From NCBI GenBank assembly GCA_030141605.1, contig JAQGDQ010001234.1, positions 1 through 53,286 on the forward strand: DNA of 53,286 bases, in the 5' to 3' direction. Source of the stretch: Tubiluchus corallicola. Taxonomy: Eukaryota > Animalia > Priapulida. Below, piece after piece: positions 1-13,330 of this stretch. The position numbers and the translations under genes were made by a program. Below the pieces are notes generated by a model. The model was not told the origin of the DNA and made no database searches. It saw only the letters and a list, made by a program, of their open reading frames with translations. Position 1 is the stretch's first letter. Each line of letters starts with the position of its first letter.

Positions 1-1247
1 GATGAAAGTTGAGTCTGTGTAATTAGTGTCAGATGCATAATCTGGAAGTTGAAACCTCTTATATTGATATTCTTTTAATTTCTTTGTAAAGTGGTGGAGA
101 GATTCTATTTGCTTTATTTCACTTGTTTTAATTAGCAAATGTGAGGCTTAGACAAAACGTTATTTCTAGCTGCTTGTTAATATGTGACGCTTAGTTTGCG
201 AGATACGGATCTTTTTGGAATAATTCAAAAACTGATAGTGCAGCTCGACAAAGTTTGGTGTGCATGTGGCCAGGATAGAGGGTCACTCCAGCCAATACTT
301 TCGGGTCGTGGCAAATGCGACCAGAGCAAGCAAAATAAGATACTCCATCTTGGGAGTTTTAAGAATGTTGGAAATAAACCTAGATGCTTCATAAAGTGGA
401 TTTTCTACAGTTCTTTTCTACTTATCTTGTGAGAATTGAACGCAGCTGTGACGACTATGGTTGCTTGATGTAAATAAGCTGATTAGTTACACAAACAAGT
501 AAACAAATAAGACAAGTCGTGTTTTCCTTTCAAAAATTTCATCTTTGTGGCTGTCCTTTTACAATTAGTTTTGTTTGCAAAAAGCGCAAATAAATCATAC
601 AGGATTCCATTAAAAAGTTTAAATAATTTCTGTGTCTCTTCGTATTTCTCTGTTCCCGGTCTTAATCTCTTCATGACAGATCAGTTTAAACAAGTGTAGT
701 TCTTGTTTACCTAATAATTTGATGAGAATTTGTCCATCTGTAGAATGTTGAAGGGAAAGTTGTGACCAAGCAAATGCAAGTGCTACCTGCTGATAATTTG
801 CCTTCTCGATGAAAACCGAATTTGCGTCTAGAAATTTCGCTTTAAATTGGGATAAAATGTTTCTTTCTTGAAAGTATCCTGATATTTGATGTAATAGGAA
901 GAAGTTGTTATTATTCGGAAAAGATGTATTTAACTATGCTGCTAACTGTAAAACATTCCAATGCATACATGACTTTATATTACGTACTAAACGCTTCCAG
1001 TAGTTTCTATCTGATAGAAAATGCATCAGTCTTAAATATTCGTACATTAATATTTTCTAACCGTCATTTTCTACCAATGTCTAATGTAATCTTGTAGTAA
1101 AACTTGTCAGCTTGTGTAGTTATAGTCTATTCTTACTGTAAATGTTTTTGTAAATGGTGTATAAAGTCTGTTGTGGTGAGGATCCTAAATCATGTTATTC
1201 AAACTGTCTGATCCAATCGTAAATAAATTATGTTTAAACTAAACTAA
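1..1247 (+). mobile_element. Degraded CR1/L2-group LINE 3' end
   Basis: About 905-983 reads LLFGKDVFNYAANCKTFQCIHDFILRTKRFQ*, a typical LINE ORF2 C-terminus. It is followed by an AT-rich 3'UTR ending aataaattatgtttaaactaaac. The left boundary is uncertain. Confidence 0.5.
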
Positions 1248-2783
1248 TAGGAAGAAACAATAAGAACAAAACTAAAATCTTCTATAACAAAACGTGACCA
1301 ACACCGATTTACCATTGATATAATCTATGACTTAGTTTCCTCGTATATAGAACTGGGATAGCTTTTTGTGAAGTCGTACTGAGGGTCCGAAATTTCTTCA
1401 AATTTTTCGGTTGATTGATACTTATTACATCATCCACCCACGTATGGCTGCGTTTTTGCCATTTATGAAAGACATGTCCTTGTGAACAGACGATCAGTGA
1501 CGAATTTACTGTATCAGTGTCGTCATCAGTGTAATTTTGTTGCTATTCTGCTGTTAATTTATCGAATCACCTTGCAGAAGCAGTGTAAAATCGGACTAAT
1601 GATTCCGGGAGAATAAATGATCATTTATATTATTATTCATTGAGGTATCGATAAAAGAATCCATGAAAATTTGATTCAGGAATATGAACACTATCAAAGA
1701 TTTAATCATGATTAAGGGACCAAGCGATGGAATGTGTCTTAAATTTTTGTAAATAATATTAAAACTTTGGTCTGGTATTGGTAGACGTTCCCTTTAATTA
1801 AAATGTAGAATCCGTATACGTTGATTGTATGATCATATAGATTTATAGATAGCACACTTATAGATAGATACAGATAGAGCGTATAGTATACTAATTTCCA
1901 ATATCAAAAAACATGATAATACATGGTAACACTTAACATTTACCTGCTTTGATATCATAAATACAAAATCTATGTCGTATTTTTGGCATATGTATATCAC
2001 ATTATATCCCATACATGATACAGCTGAAACCAGACAATTTCCGCTATGATAACATGTATAAAAGAAGATTACATATCATGTAAATTATTTCTACACTGCA
2101 CTTTGTCGTATTGGAAATATGGGCAAAAAATGCCTAGGTGATTTTCCTGGAAGTTTCCATAGCTGTCTCGCACCTATGTTCCAGGTTATAGTATGGTTAC
2201 AGTGTTAATAAAGTGGCTATAGTGTTAATAACTACGGAACCTATATTCCACGGTGGTTATAGTGTAAATAATGTCGTACATTAACATTGCAAAAATGGCT
2301 TTCCCCAGGGTGTCGTCCTGGGACCACAATTCTGATACTTCTAAATTAAAATTAATGATGAAATTAATTGTCCATAAATTATTTTACTTGGCAGACTACA
2401 CCAGTGAAGTAGCTACTGACATGCAGGTCTAACTAACCCCATAACTACTCCACGGACATGAGTGCTAATGTGTTATGTGTGGATCGAAGTCAGCGAACAT
2501 GCATTCTGTGTCCGGCATTTACGAGACGAGTGGTTCTCGTAGATCGTGTTACATCACAGGAATCCAGTAAATGGATTAGGAAGCTGTTTGCACGTGGTGA
2601 CACGATATATAGACAGAGCGTAGAATGCACTCACATGAATTTGAATTCGATTATTGTAGGAGGAATCTCAGCAAAGCAATGACATTCTGCACCATGCTCT
2701 GAAGTGTTGGTGGGTCTTCTGTATTCTACAATTCTGACATACAGTCACGTTCAGTATCTTCATCTTGCAGTGACTGTTTAGTT

Positions 2784-3925
2784 AAGTAAATAAGTAAATA
2801 AGTAAGTACAGAATTACTACAAGTTAAACTACAGAATTACTACAAGTAAAGCTTCAGAGTTACTACAAGTAAAGTTTCAAAATTAGTACATGTAAAACTA
2901 CACAATTACTGCAAGTTAAACTATAGAATTACTACAAGTAAAATACAGAATTACTACAAGTAAAATACAGAATTACTACAAGTAAAATACAGAATTACTA
3001 CAAGTAAAATACAGAATTACAACAAGTAAAACTACAGCGTTAGTACAAGTAAAACTATAGAGTTACTACAAGTTAAACTACAGAATTACTACAAGTAAAA
3101 CTACAGAATTACTACAAGTAAAACTACAGAATTACTACAAGTAAAACTACAGAGTTGCTACAAGTAAAACTACAGAGTTACTACAAGTAAAACTATAGAG
3201 TTACTACAAGTAAAATACAGAATTACTACAAGTAAAACTACAGAATTGGTACAAGTAAAATACAGAATTACAACAAGTAAAACTACAGCGTTAGTACAAG
3301 TAAAACTATAGAGTTACTACAAGTTAAACTACAGAATTACTACAAGTAAAACTACAGAATTACTACAAGTAAAACTACAGAATTACTACAAGTAAAACTA
3401 CAGAATTACTACAAGTAAAACTACAGAATTACAACAAGTAAAACTACAGCGTTAGTACAAGTAAAACTATAGAGTTACTACAAGTTAAACTACAGAATTA
3501 CTACAAGTAAAACTACAGAATTACTACAAGTAAAACTACAGAGTTGCTACAAGTAAAACTACAGAGTTACTACAAGTAAAACTATAGAGTTACTACAAGT
3601 AAAATACAGAATTACTACAAGTAAAACTACAGAATTGGTACAAGTAAAATACAGAATTACAACAAGTAAAACTACAGCGTTAGTACAAGTAAAACTATAG
3701 AGTTACTACAAGTTAAACTACAGAATTACTACAAGTAAAACTACAGAATTACTACAAGTAAAACTACAGAATTACTACAAGTAAAACAACAGAATTACTA
3801 CAAGTTAAACTACAAAAATACTACAAGTAGAGCTTCAAAATTAGTATATGTAAAACTACACAATTACTACAAGCAAAACTGCAGAATTAGTACAAGTAAA
3901 ACTACAGAATTACTACAAATAAAAG
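2784..3925. repeat. Minisatellite, 22-23 bp unit (aagtaaaactacagaattactac), roughly 48 copies
   Basis: Direct reading. Variant units (cagcgttagtac, tagagttac) recur in the same order, indicating block duplication. Confidence 0.97.
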
Positions 3926-4598
3926 TACATTCTTTTTCATGAATCAGGGTTTACAAGAAACACCAGGCGCGCCTAATCAATTCAGAGTTTACAAGAAGTG
4001 CACTAAGCTAGTCCAATCAAATCACAATAACCAGCAGCCAAGACGAATGTAAACTCATTACGTAATCAATTTAGACTTTGAAAATCACTTAAAGAAGCTT
4101 TCCGTTAAATAATAACGCGGATTAGTTTTTGCCGTGTGTGTTGCTGCCATTAATGCCGGGCTTCTGTAGTGGTTCGTGCTAATGTGCATCCGCGCTTCAT
4201 GAATAATTCAACAGGCGCTGCTTATGCGATTAAGGACTGTTTAAGTTTTCAGCATAATTTTGAAGTGGTAATAAAACAGTGCATCGTAAGCCGTTTGACT
4301 GACTTTGCAAACTGTATGCGCGCGCACGTTAATGCCCCAAGAGTAATGCGACCGATATATTGAGATAATGTAAAATTATGGCTTTTAATGCATTTCCGGA
4401 CAGCATAAAACACAGCCAGCAGACCCATGAAACAGCTTTTAAATTTTAAGAGATTCAGTTGCATGTGTAGCGTGGCGGAAGAACTTTTTATTGTAATCCA
4501 TCGATGTTTAAAAATTCGCTTGATCGCTTTCGACTGCGAAGTGTGGGTTTTAGGAACTAATACTCTGACAGTAAACAGACAATCTACATAGACCTTTC

Positions 4599-4796
4599 AA
4601 TAAGCCTTTTTACAATTCTATCGATTGATGATGATCGTGAACAGGTCAAAGGTTAAGTGTACCAGACAACACATTTCTCTACACTTGACAACGCCTCGCA
4701 GCCCATGCTGTTGTAATAGTAACAGTTTTAACAGCTAGCTAGAACTTTACCTAGTCCATTTTCTTGTTCCCAAGCAAAATCCTGCTAGTATTTCAC
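4599..4796 (-). mobile_element. MITE family H (Harbinger/ISL2EU-like termini), partial copy
   Basis: Reverse complement of the right half of the elements at 25073, 36310 and 37553; terminus ataagccttttt. Confidence 0.7.
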
Positions 4797-4984
4797 TCAC
4801 CACCACCACTACCACCAACACCATCATCATCGTCATCGCCATCATCATTTACTACACATTCATTCATTCATTCGTGTTTAGCTTGATGTTTTTGGGTAAA
4901 TATGCATTCGGGTTTTTATTGATTGGTAGGCGACACGTAAAACTGAGATTTTTAAGCTCTTCCTATTATTAGTCAACAGATCAT

Positions 4985-5666
4985 AAGGGTCAAGTCTTCT
5001 AAGAGTTTAGACTTATTTCAAAGTTTGCTAAAAAGGATTTAGTAATAATAAGCGCCGAGTGTAACTAGTAAAATCACTTTAAAGTCACGATCACTTCATG
5101 TTTGGGCGCTCCTATTTTCAATGCCCATTCTTCTTCCAATGACGTCATTCGTCCCGAAGAGAAGTAGCGCACTGTTAACCTTCAACACAAGAATAATAAG
5201 TTTTTTTTAAAAAATAGCTGATTTTCTAATATATTTGTATGAAGATTAAGTGAGCTGTAGAAGTTTGAATTAGCTTAAGCAGCGCGTGCTTACGGAAAGC
5301 CACGACGCGCTTACGAAAAGTCACGATGTCTCCCAGTTACGTCATAATTTTCAAGTGAATGGTGGCAACCACCACGCCTGAAAATTTCTATTCAGAGGTA
5401 GTAAATTTTAAATTTATGCCTTATAGGCAGTTCTTTGCAAATTTTTTTGTTATAATTTTCTAAGTTTAAGTGATAACAGTAAAATAAACACAACATACTG
5501 AGTGACTTGTTCTTTCCTTTAGTACACCACAAACAGTTTAAGTGATAACAGTAAAACAAACACAACATAGTGAGTGACTTGTTCTTTCCGTTAGCACACT
5601 ACAAACAGTTTAAGTGATGACAGTAAAATAAACCCAACATACTGAGTGACTTATTCTTTCTTTTAA
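4985..5666 (-). mobile_element. Kolobok-like MITE family K1 with triplicated terminus
   Basis: Homologous to 20862-21157, 36750-37030 and 47475-47920. Family termini are AGGAAAG(A)ACAAG / CTTGACTTTTCCT next to TTAA/TTAG. The terminal 72-bp segment is repeated 3 times (5463-5666). Superfamily is inferred from the TTAA site and purine-starting TIR. Confidence 0.65.
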
Positions 5667-6262
5667 TCTTAAAAAAATTTCCAAGCAAGATGTTAAATAA
5701 TGGAAAATTTACTTCGACCGACTCCCACGCGCACGCACTCACGCATGTACACTCACGCACGTTACAGAAATCCATAGCCGAAGCCAAAATTTTCGCGATT
5801 TTATCTTGTTCAATTAGAGCTGGAATTGAAGCCAACAGCCCATTTATCATGTACTGCTGTGACATCGTAACTTATTTAATTAAAGTTATATACCTTGTGC
5901 GTGTTTCCCTAGAAAATCCTGCTGCCAATTAGCAAAATATAGACTGGCTTCTTGCTATTAGCAGCCCATGAAAGACCCTCCTCGCAACTGAAATTAAAAC
6001 AACTTTAATAATGATTTATGGGCGCAGTTTGCATAAATATGCAAACTAACTGTTCATTATAGGCCTACTGTACGATAATTGAGATCATTAATCAATCCGG
6101 AAAACCAAAGTTGCGTTTGATTTATGTAGCCATGAAAAATTAATTGGTTTTGTTATGCAAGCTTAGGCTTGGCTGTGGGTGGTACTTTTACGCGCTAATA
6201 ATTTTTTTCATTAAATAACTTGCTGCCTTTATATGTATAAACTTCGTTTATTTTACGTGGAT

Positions 6263-6966
6263 TAGAGGAAAGAACAACTCACTCAGCATGTTGGGTTTAT
6301 TTTACTGTTATCACTTAAAGTGTTTGTGGTGTGCTAAAGGAAAGAACAAGTCACTCAGTATGTTGGGTTTATTTTACTGTTATCACTTAAACTGTTTGTG
6401 GTGTGCTAAAGGAAAGAACAAGTCACTCAGTATGTTGGGTTTATTTTACTGTTATCACTTAAACTGTTTGTGGTGTGCTAAAGGAAAGGACAGATCACTC
6501 GGCATGTTGCGTTTATTTTACTGTTATCACTTAAACTGTTTGTGGTGTGCTAAAGGAAAGAACAAGTCACTCAGTATGTTGGGTTTATTTTACTGTTATC
6601 AACTTAAACTGTTTGTGGTGTGCTAAAGGAAAGAACAAGTCACTCAGTATGTTGGGTTTATTTTACTGTTTTCAACTTAAACTGTTTGTTGTATGCTAAG
6701 GGAAAGAACAAGTCACTCAGTATGTTGGGTTTATTTTACTGTTATCACTTAAACTGTTTGTGGTGTGCTAAAGGAAAGAACAAGTCACTCAATATGTTGG
6801 GTTTATTTTGCTGCTATCACTTAAACTGTTTGTGGGTTTGTTTTACTGTTATCGCTTAAACTTACGAAAAATATGACAAAGAACTTTGCAAAGAACTGCC
6901 TATAAAGCATAAATTTAAAATGTACTACCACTGAATAAAATTTTTCAGGTGTGGTAGTTGCCACTA
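6263..6966 (+). repeat. 72-bp tandem array (~8 units) made of the K1 terminus, running into K1 body
   Basis: Unit aaaggaaagaacaagtcactcagtatgttgggtttattttactgttatcacttaaactgtttgtggtgtgct; 6860-6966 is the reverse complement of 5360-5460. Confidence 0.93.
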
Positions 6967-7493
6967 CTATTATTATTAGTTCTATTACTTTTATGATACG
7001 TCTGTTAATTCCGTGTTTCCAATTTGCTATATAGACTATTTCCATTTTTTTCTTGATCACCCAAATAAGAGGCTTTTTATTCATGGAAGCTTGATTTTCT
7101 CAAACGTGTGTAAACTCAAGATGCACTAAGACAGTCAGTCACATTGAAAGCAGGACAGACAGACAGTCAATCACATTGAAGCAGGGCAGCCAGACATCTG
7201 TGTAAACGAGCCAAGTACTGATCACTGAACTGACTGGCTTCCACATTCATTGCATTCTTTACATGGCTTCGTTTATCTAGCTGAGTGTTAGCACTGCAGT
7301 TGCCAAGAAAACAAATCTTGTGGTTCTGTAAGACGTTAGACTAATCTCTCTGAATGAATGCACTCCCACTTTCAATGGCTGATCTCAAAACTGAAATAAC
7401 TTTGCGTTTTTTTCCATTAGCAATCGGTACTATTGAATAGCTAGGCTAAAGTTTGCAATTCCCCACACACAAGAACTTAGTTCGTGAAACGGA

Positions 7494-7643
7494 TTAGGGA
7501 TGGGGTTATGGTTAGGGTTGTGTTAGGATTAAGGTTAGGGTTAGGCTTGGCGTTGGGTTAAGGTTAGGGTTAAGCTTGAGGTTGGGTTAAGGTTAGGGTT
7601 AGGGTTTGGGTTGGCGATGGGGTTGGGTAAAGATTAGGGTTAA
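7494..7643 (+). repeat. Degenerate interstitial (TTAGGG)n-like tract
   Basis: Multiple ttaggg/ttaagg/ttggg hexamers, bracketed by inverted aattcccca (~7457-7465) and tggggaatt (7658-7666). Confidence 0.8.
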
Positions 7644-9329
7644 GCATTTAAATTGCATGGGGAATTATGAGCATAATGCAGAGTAGTATAATTTCGTATA
7701 GGATGTTTTTTTAACGTTACTTTAAAATTTCCTGTTCTTCCGCTTTAATGATAAATTTAGAGGCACGATAAGTAACCAACGCTTTAATTTTTATTTCAAC
7801 CTGAATTGCATCGTTTTTATGAACATGTCGTCATAAGCAGAAGACCGTAAATGTTGCCAAGCACAAAAAATCTTCCAACTAATTTCTTCCCCCACGTTTT
7901 TTCTTTGAACTGATTACTTGGGTTAATTAATATCCACCGAAATACATTGAATAAACTACGATTGAATGAACTGTGATTGAGTTGGTAGGTGGCGCATGCA
8001 ATAGCGCGCGAATCGCGAACCAGCGCGAGTCTGCACTGTACACTAGTCTGCAGTCTACTGCACTAGCTGCCTGATTTCAGTTTTAGCTTTATGCGCAGTT
8101 ACAGTCAGCCTGAGTTGCGCGGAGCAGTATGAGCACGATGGTTCTCAGTCACCAGAGCCAAGCTCTCAAATAACTTTTCAACCAGTAACACTGTGAGACT
8201 GAACTCAGCGGACGATGGTTGGTAAATTATAGTGGCATTTAGAATCGACGGTGCGTGATCTTCGACGTGTTAAAAGTGTTTGCCAGGTACAGGTAATTGT
8301 GGTTACACCTGTCAGCTGCCGATGATGCTTTTGTTGTGCCTACCTGGCCGGAAACATACAAGTATATCGGTTACTGTTTGCTATAACATCGCTTACCGCT
8401 TACACCTTTGTCGGCGTTAACGATTGTCAGTTTTTGTTTATAACTTACGAGTATGTAGCACGTTTATAAAATTATAAACTACTGGTGACGAAGGTATAAT
8501 TTCGCGCGATAAAAGAACAGATATTATTTTATTAAGCACAAGGTTAAGTGTTAATCGTTATGCATCGTACAGTGACCTGTCATAGTTAGCGAGTTTATGC
8601 ATGCATGTGCTTAGGTAAAAACTCACAAAACACTTATGCTTAGTCAAAAAATTTGCTGACAAGAATGTTTGAACAGCATAAAATTTACAGTTTGATTCGC
8701 ATAATGACGGTACAGTGCGCGATGATAGTTCTGTGAGGTGAAAACGGTTTTGTTTGTTGGTGATGTTTCTTTGATCTTTACTAAACATGAAAGCGTCCAG
8801 GTGGAACAGCAAGTACGTGAGACACGTTGGCAATGGAAGTTCAACACAGGTGAGTAACGTTAATCCAGATTTAAGTTGAAGTAACAACCAACAAATAATC
8901 TTTCCTAGTTGAATTTAAGTCGGCTGTAAACTCCCTCCCACGGGGCTTGTATCTTCTTGTAAAATGCCAACGTGTGATGTTAAATCCTTTATGGGCAGCT
9001 GACACGATTGGATTTGTTAAGTCAGCTGAAGCCAGCGAGCGTATGGCGTTTAATTGTTTTACAGAGCTGGAGTTAGCAGCTGACTAATGTTAATTTACTG
9101 CTAATTGACTTAGGAGACTCTCTCTCTCTGTCAGGATTTTTTGTTTTGTTTGTAAGATAAGTTAATAAATTGAGTTTGGAAAAATAAATGCTGTTTAGTT
9201 GTTCAAGGTCACATACAACAATTTCAGCGCGTAGTTTTCTTGTTTTTCATAGATTTAATAGATTTATTTTCGCAATAAACATATACATACATTACATGTG
9301 CATCGATAATCAGTTTTTGTTAGTACAAA

Positions 9330-9800
9330 AATATGATATAATTCATGAATTCTGCGCTAGAGACGTAGGAAGCTAGCTTATGCTAGGCCACTAGAATTAG
9401 TTACAAAAAAATTACGATATATACAGATACAATATTACAATATATACAGATACAATATTATAATATACACAAATATAAATACGGGTGGGAAGTAATAAAA
9501 ATATTATTATACTAGAGGGGAAGTTTTTGAAAATGAACAACAACAAATCATGATTGAGTGATCAGTTATATGTTTCAAGTAAGTTTAATTTATAATTTTT
9601 TTAAATATGGACAGCGAGTTGGCATTTTTAATAGCTGGAGCAATTGAATTCCATATGTAAGGGCCATTGTATTTAATAGAAAATTTTCTAGCATTAGTGT
9701 TGCACTGTATGTAGTGATAGTTAAGTCTATAACGTGTGCCGTAATTATGTATCTCAGCATTCGAACAATCAGTAAATAAGGGAGGCAATAATTCTTCAAT
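9330..9800 (-). mobile_element. 5'-truncated L2/Crack-type LINE 3' end
   Basis: ORF 9585..9788 reads HNYGTR...RKFSIKYNGPYIWNSIAPAIKNANSLSIFKK, the classic LINE RT C-terminal region, followed by an AT-rich 3'UTR. Confidence 0.8.
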
Positions 9801-9923
9801 ATCATCGTAATCGTGCTGATACAGTGATTATTTTCACACCTGTCGTCCGTTACACATGTTCATCACGTTCATTTAGAGCCTCATTACTATCTGCGACTGT
9901 TGTTCACTGTATTCATCGCTTTT

Positions 9924-10091
9924 CGGAAGTGGTGCTGACAAGCCACTGGCGTGGCAGTGTCTAGTTTTTTTGCTGGATTACTGCTGCGTTTACCTGTCTG
10001 AAGGCAGATTTGTTTTATTTTAGAATTCTGCCTGCCCAATGTCTACAATAGACGTGACGGGCGTATGATGATGATGATGATGATGATGATG
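9924..10091 (+). mobile_element. Short retroposon 3' end with (GAT)n tail, copy 1
   Basis: Near-identical inverted copy at 27194-27359; stem-loops precede the (tga)n tail. Confidence 0.75.
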
Positions 10092-10112
10092 TATCGCACC
10101 TCAGTTACTTAA

Positions 10113-10925
10113 AGGAAAACCGGTCCCAATCTTGAACTGTACATTAAAACGATCTATTCTCTAAAATATTTAAAGGAAAAGTACTATTTATTAATAATGA
10201 TTTACGTGAAGAATTATTACCACACAAACACGATTTCACGTTTGCGCCACTAGTTCTTCGCTGTTACATGCATTTTGTCATTTGCTAGTTAGACGGGCAC
10301 TAGCGCCTGCATTTCGTAAACGCATTGCACAAAAGACAGATGCTGTGCTTTTCAGTTTGATGTGCTAGTTTGTGATGAACTGCACATGTTAAGCACAGCG
10401 GTGAATTTTAAATTTGAATTTTTATCTCAGAACTTGCTTAGTTTTAGTACAACTGTCACCGGATATCAGAGAAATCACTTCCGAGCACAGTACCCTCTGC
10501 TGTTTCTACCATGAGGGTGCCACCCCACGTAACCTGTCTGTAAAACTGTGTTTTTAGCCCACACCCACCATGTTTGTTTTGCTTGTTTCACCTCTTCTCA
10601 TAACCTCTAATACCATCACTAGTTAGCGAGTTGCAGCGTGTATACTAACCATGTGTACCCCAAACTTCTAGTATGTCGTCAAAGACTTTTTAGAAGTATA
10701 TTAGAAGTATTTTAGAAGTATATTGTTCAAGACTTCAACACACTGAATATCTTACAGCAGCACTGTACTTCAATTTTCACTTTCGCAAACACGTGCAACA
10801 CGCTCGTGGAATATTTTTGCTGTTGAAAATTATGTTAGTTTGTGATGTCATCAAGAGTTGAGCTAGTCCGTCGTTAATTAAGTTTTTAATCTATTTTTTA
10901 ATTATCAGAAACGGTTTTCCAGCTT
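10113..10925 (+). mobile_element. Kolobok-like MITE (family K3)
   Basis: Starts ttaa|aggaaaaccgg and has a degenerate right end cggttttccagcttta. Internal 10213-10312 recurs inverted at 20569-20670. Confidence 0.5.
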
Positions 10926-10989
10926 TATTGGCGTTAAAATGTATACTTTTTACCGTACTTAAAAAAAGATAGTATATGAAAAATTATCC

Positions 10990-11295
10990 TGTGTACCACG
11001 GCAATGCGTCACAACTACAACCGTCACGTGACATGTGTGTAAAGCGAAGTCGTCTGGCGCATCAGTTCAGTAACTTCAGTTGTTCTACATAGACTTTACT
11101 TAATTATGCGATAGTCTGTGCGTAGAGTGATTTACTAGCAGGATCTTGCTCAGGAACAAGAAAAAATGAACTAGCTAAGGTTCTAGCTAGCTGTTAAAAT
11201 TGCTACTATTACACACTCCATGGGCGTTGTCTGGTACACAACCTTTCACCTTTTCACGATCATCATCAATCACTGAAACTGTGAAAAGGCATATT
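10990..11295 (+). mobile_element. MITE family H copy
   Basis: Shares gtaaagcgaagtcgtc...gatcatcatcaatc...gtgaaaaggc with the other H copies. Confidence 0.75.
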
Positions 11296-11699
11296 AACAG
11301 TAACAATAATAATTAATAATAGATTAGTAGGCGGAATAGTCACAACCGGCACGTCAAATGAAACAATCCAGATTTTTCGTGGCAGATTTTTAATAATAAC
11401 AACAACAACAACAACACCAACAACAACAACAACAACGATGATGACAACAACAATGATGATAATAATCAGGTCAAGCTATGCTTAACATCAACGTTTAAGC
11501 ATACACCGTGACCACTCGGGTATTCAACTCGTCCTGAAATATTCAAAATGAGTAACTTCACGACTCAGTAAAAGGCTGTTGAGACGCACCGCGCTGTAAA
11601 CAAATTACCTTGGTTACTCAATATGACGTAGTTGACGTAATTTGAGTAACTCAAACACATTTTGCTGAAGCCATGAAACTTGGCAGATTGGATTTATGA

Positions 11700-13330
11700 C
11701 AAACTAAAGTTGTTCAAATTGATGAAAACCTTCTAAAAACTAGTAATGACTCATTGTAAAAGAATGTTTTTCATTGTCCTTCCAGATTGTCTGATTGTGA
11801 GCAAATCTCCCAGGAGTACTTCCAGTCTAATTGGTGCTCGCATTTATTATATATGACGGTTCTTAATTAGCAATGTGCATTAATTTTGTTTTAGATTACT
11901 AATTAATCCAGGGGAAACTGTTTACATACACAGCTGTGCAGTTTTCTGTGAAATGTGGTAATAAGGTCACCCTGGGAGACGTCTTCCCATTTTAGCTTTG
12001 CCTAAAAAGAGAGACGTGCTGGTTTGAATAGCCAGTGAAAGTGCTGGCAGAAAGAATTATATATTCGTAATTTCCTCTTTTCGACTCAGAAAACTAATAT
12101 CACTCACTACTAATTATTACTCATAAAGACCAGCTTTCTTAGTGCGTATAAATGATTCATGGTCTCTGCATGTTTCTCTTTGTGTTTGATATTCTTTTGA
12201 AAAGTGAGCGTATGCCTTTCCTTTCAAATGAGCATGCCTGCAAGCCTTGCACGCATTTTACCAACATGTAAATGTATAGCATATGAGCATATTGCGTTGT
12301 GTGTCTTTGAATTTCCCACAACCGTATTTTTCTTCTTTGTGTGTTGACCATTTGGTTGGTTTAAAGAGTTGTTTGCAGAGCCAGTGTTTGTGCTTCCAAT
12401 ATCCAAGCAAGATTTTTGTTTGTTGACCTTCCTGTGATGTGGGTTGCCACAAGATTGTTCGACAAGTAGTTGCTGCTGGGAGTAGCAAGATTGCCGTATT
12501 TGCAGCAAGATTGTCGTGTTTGCTCAAAAAGCTTTATGCAAGTGTTGGGATTACGATTGCACTAACCATCGTGTGGGTTCCTGATAAGGAAGAACCGAGT
12601 CAAACAAGAGCTGTAAAGATTGATTAATATCTTTTGCTTGGCAGCTCCTAGCGCGTCCAGAAGAAATTGGTCTTTCAAATGATATAAATGGACTTTTACG
12701 GGACAATTTTATTCCCAATTTGCATTGTTCAGTTTTTATCTGTGTTTTTCCGTAATTCCTACAAATGAAAACAACGATCACTGAATCATTCCTGTGAAAA
12801 ATTAAATGTTTATAAACACATGTATAGGGAATCCCTCGGGGGAACATTCTGGCTCCTGTTTTATTCTGACATCTATAGTCTTTGTTTCTATTAATATCAT
12901 CGTTTATTTTACGTGATCATTTTGGGGAAGTTCTCAGAAAATAGAGCTTGGATTCCCTTTTATATCAATCTGAAAGGTGGCAGAAGTCGAGAAGTATCGA
13001 ATGCCTTTAGGCTTGACAGAGTATAAATTTTTAAGACGATAAAGCAGTGAGGTTTCCCAGCCCACAGCTATTAGTTTCAGCGAGCATGGGCAGCTGTTTT
13101 GTTGCTAATGGCTTCCTCGGGGGTTGCTGGGAAGCTTCGAGTATTTAACTGTTATCTTCAACCAACTCCCATATCATGTCAAGTGAACATTTGTTATAAT
13201 TGTCTGATGAGGGTAGCTTATGGCCTCCATAGCGTGATTTTGTATCATTTATCATTCTGACTCTGACATTAATTCAAATATCATTTTTGGATTTTTCTGG
13301 ATTAAATTAAATTTCAGTTTCGTGCAATCG
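11700..13330 (-). pseudogene. Heavily degraded non-LTR retrotransposon ORF2 relic (possibly I-group with RNase H)
   Basis: Fragmentary motifs in several minus frames in plausible order (FNPEKSK; GWETSLLYRLKNLY; DNLAANTA; CKAC), with many stops and frameshifts. Weak. Confidence 0.3.

Noticed and set aside
6288-6859. Cys-rich repeat ORFs (also 13762-14375 and 22507-23282)
   Set aside because: Translations of minisatellite units, in one case a transposon terminus.
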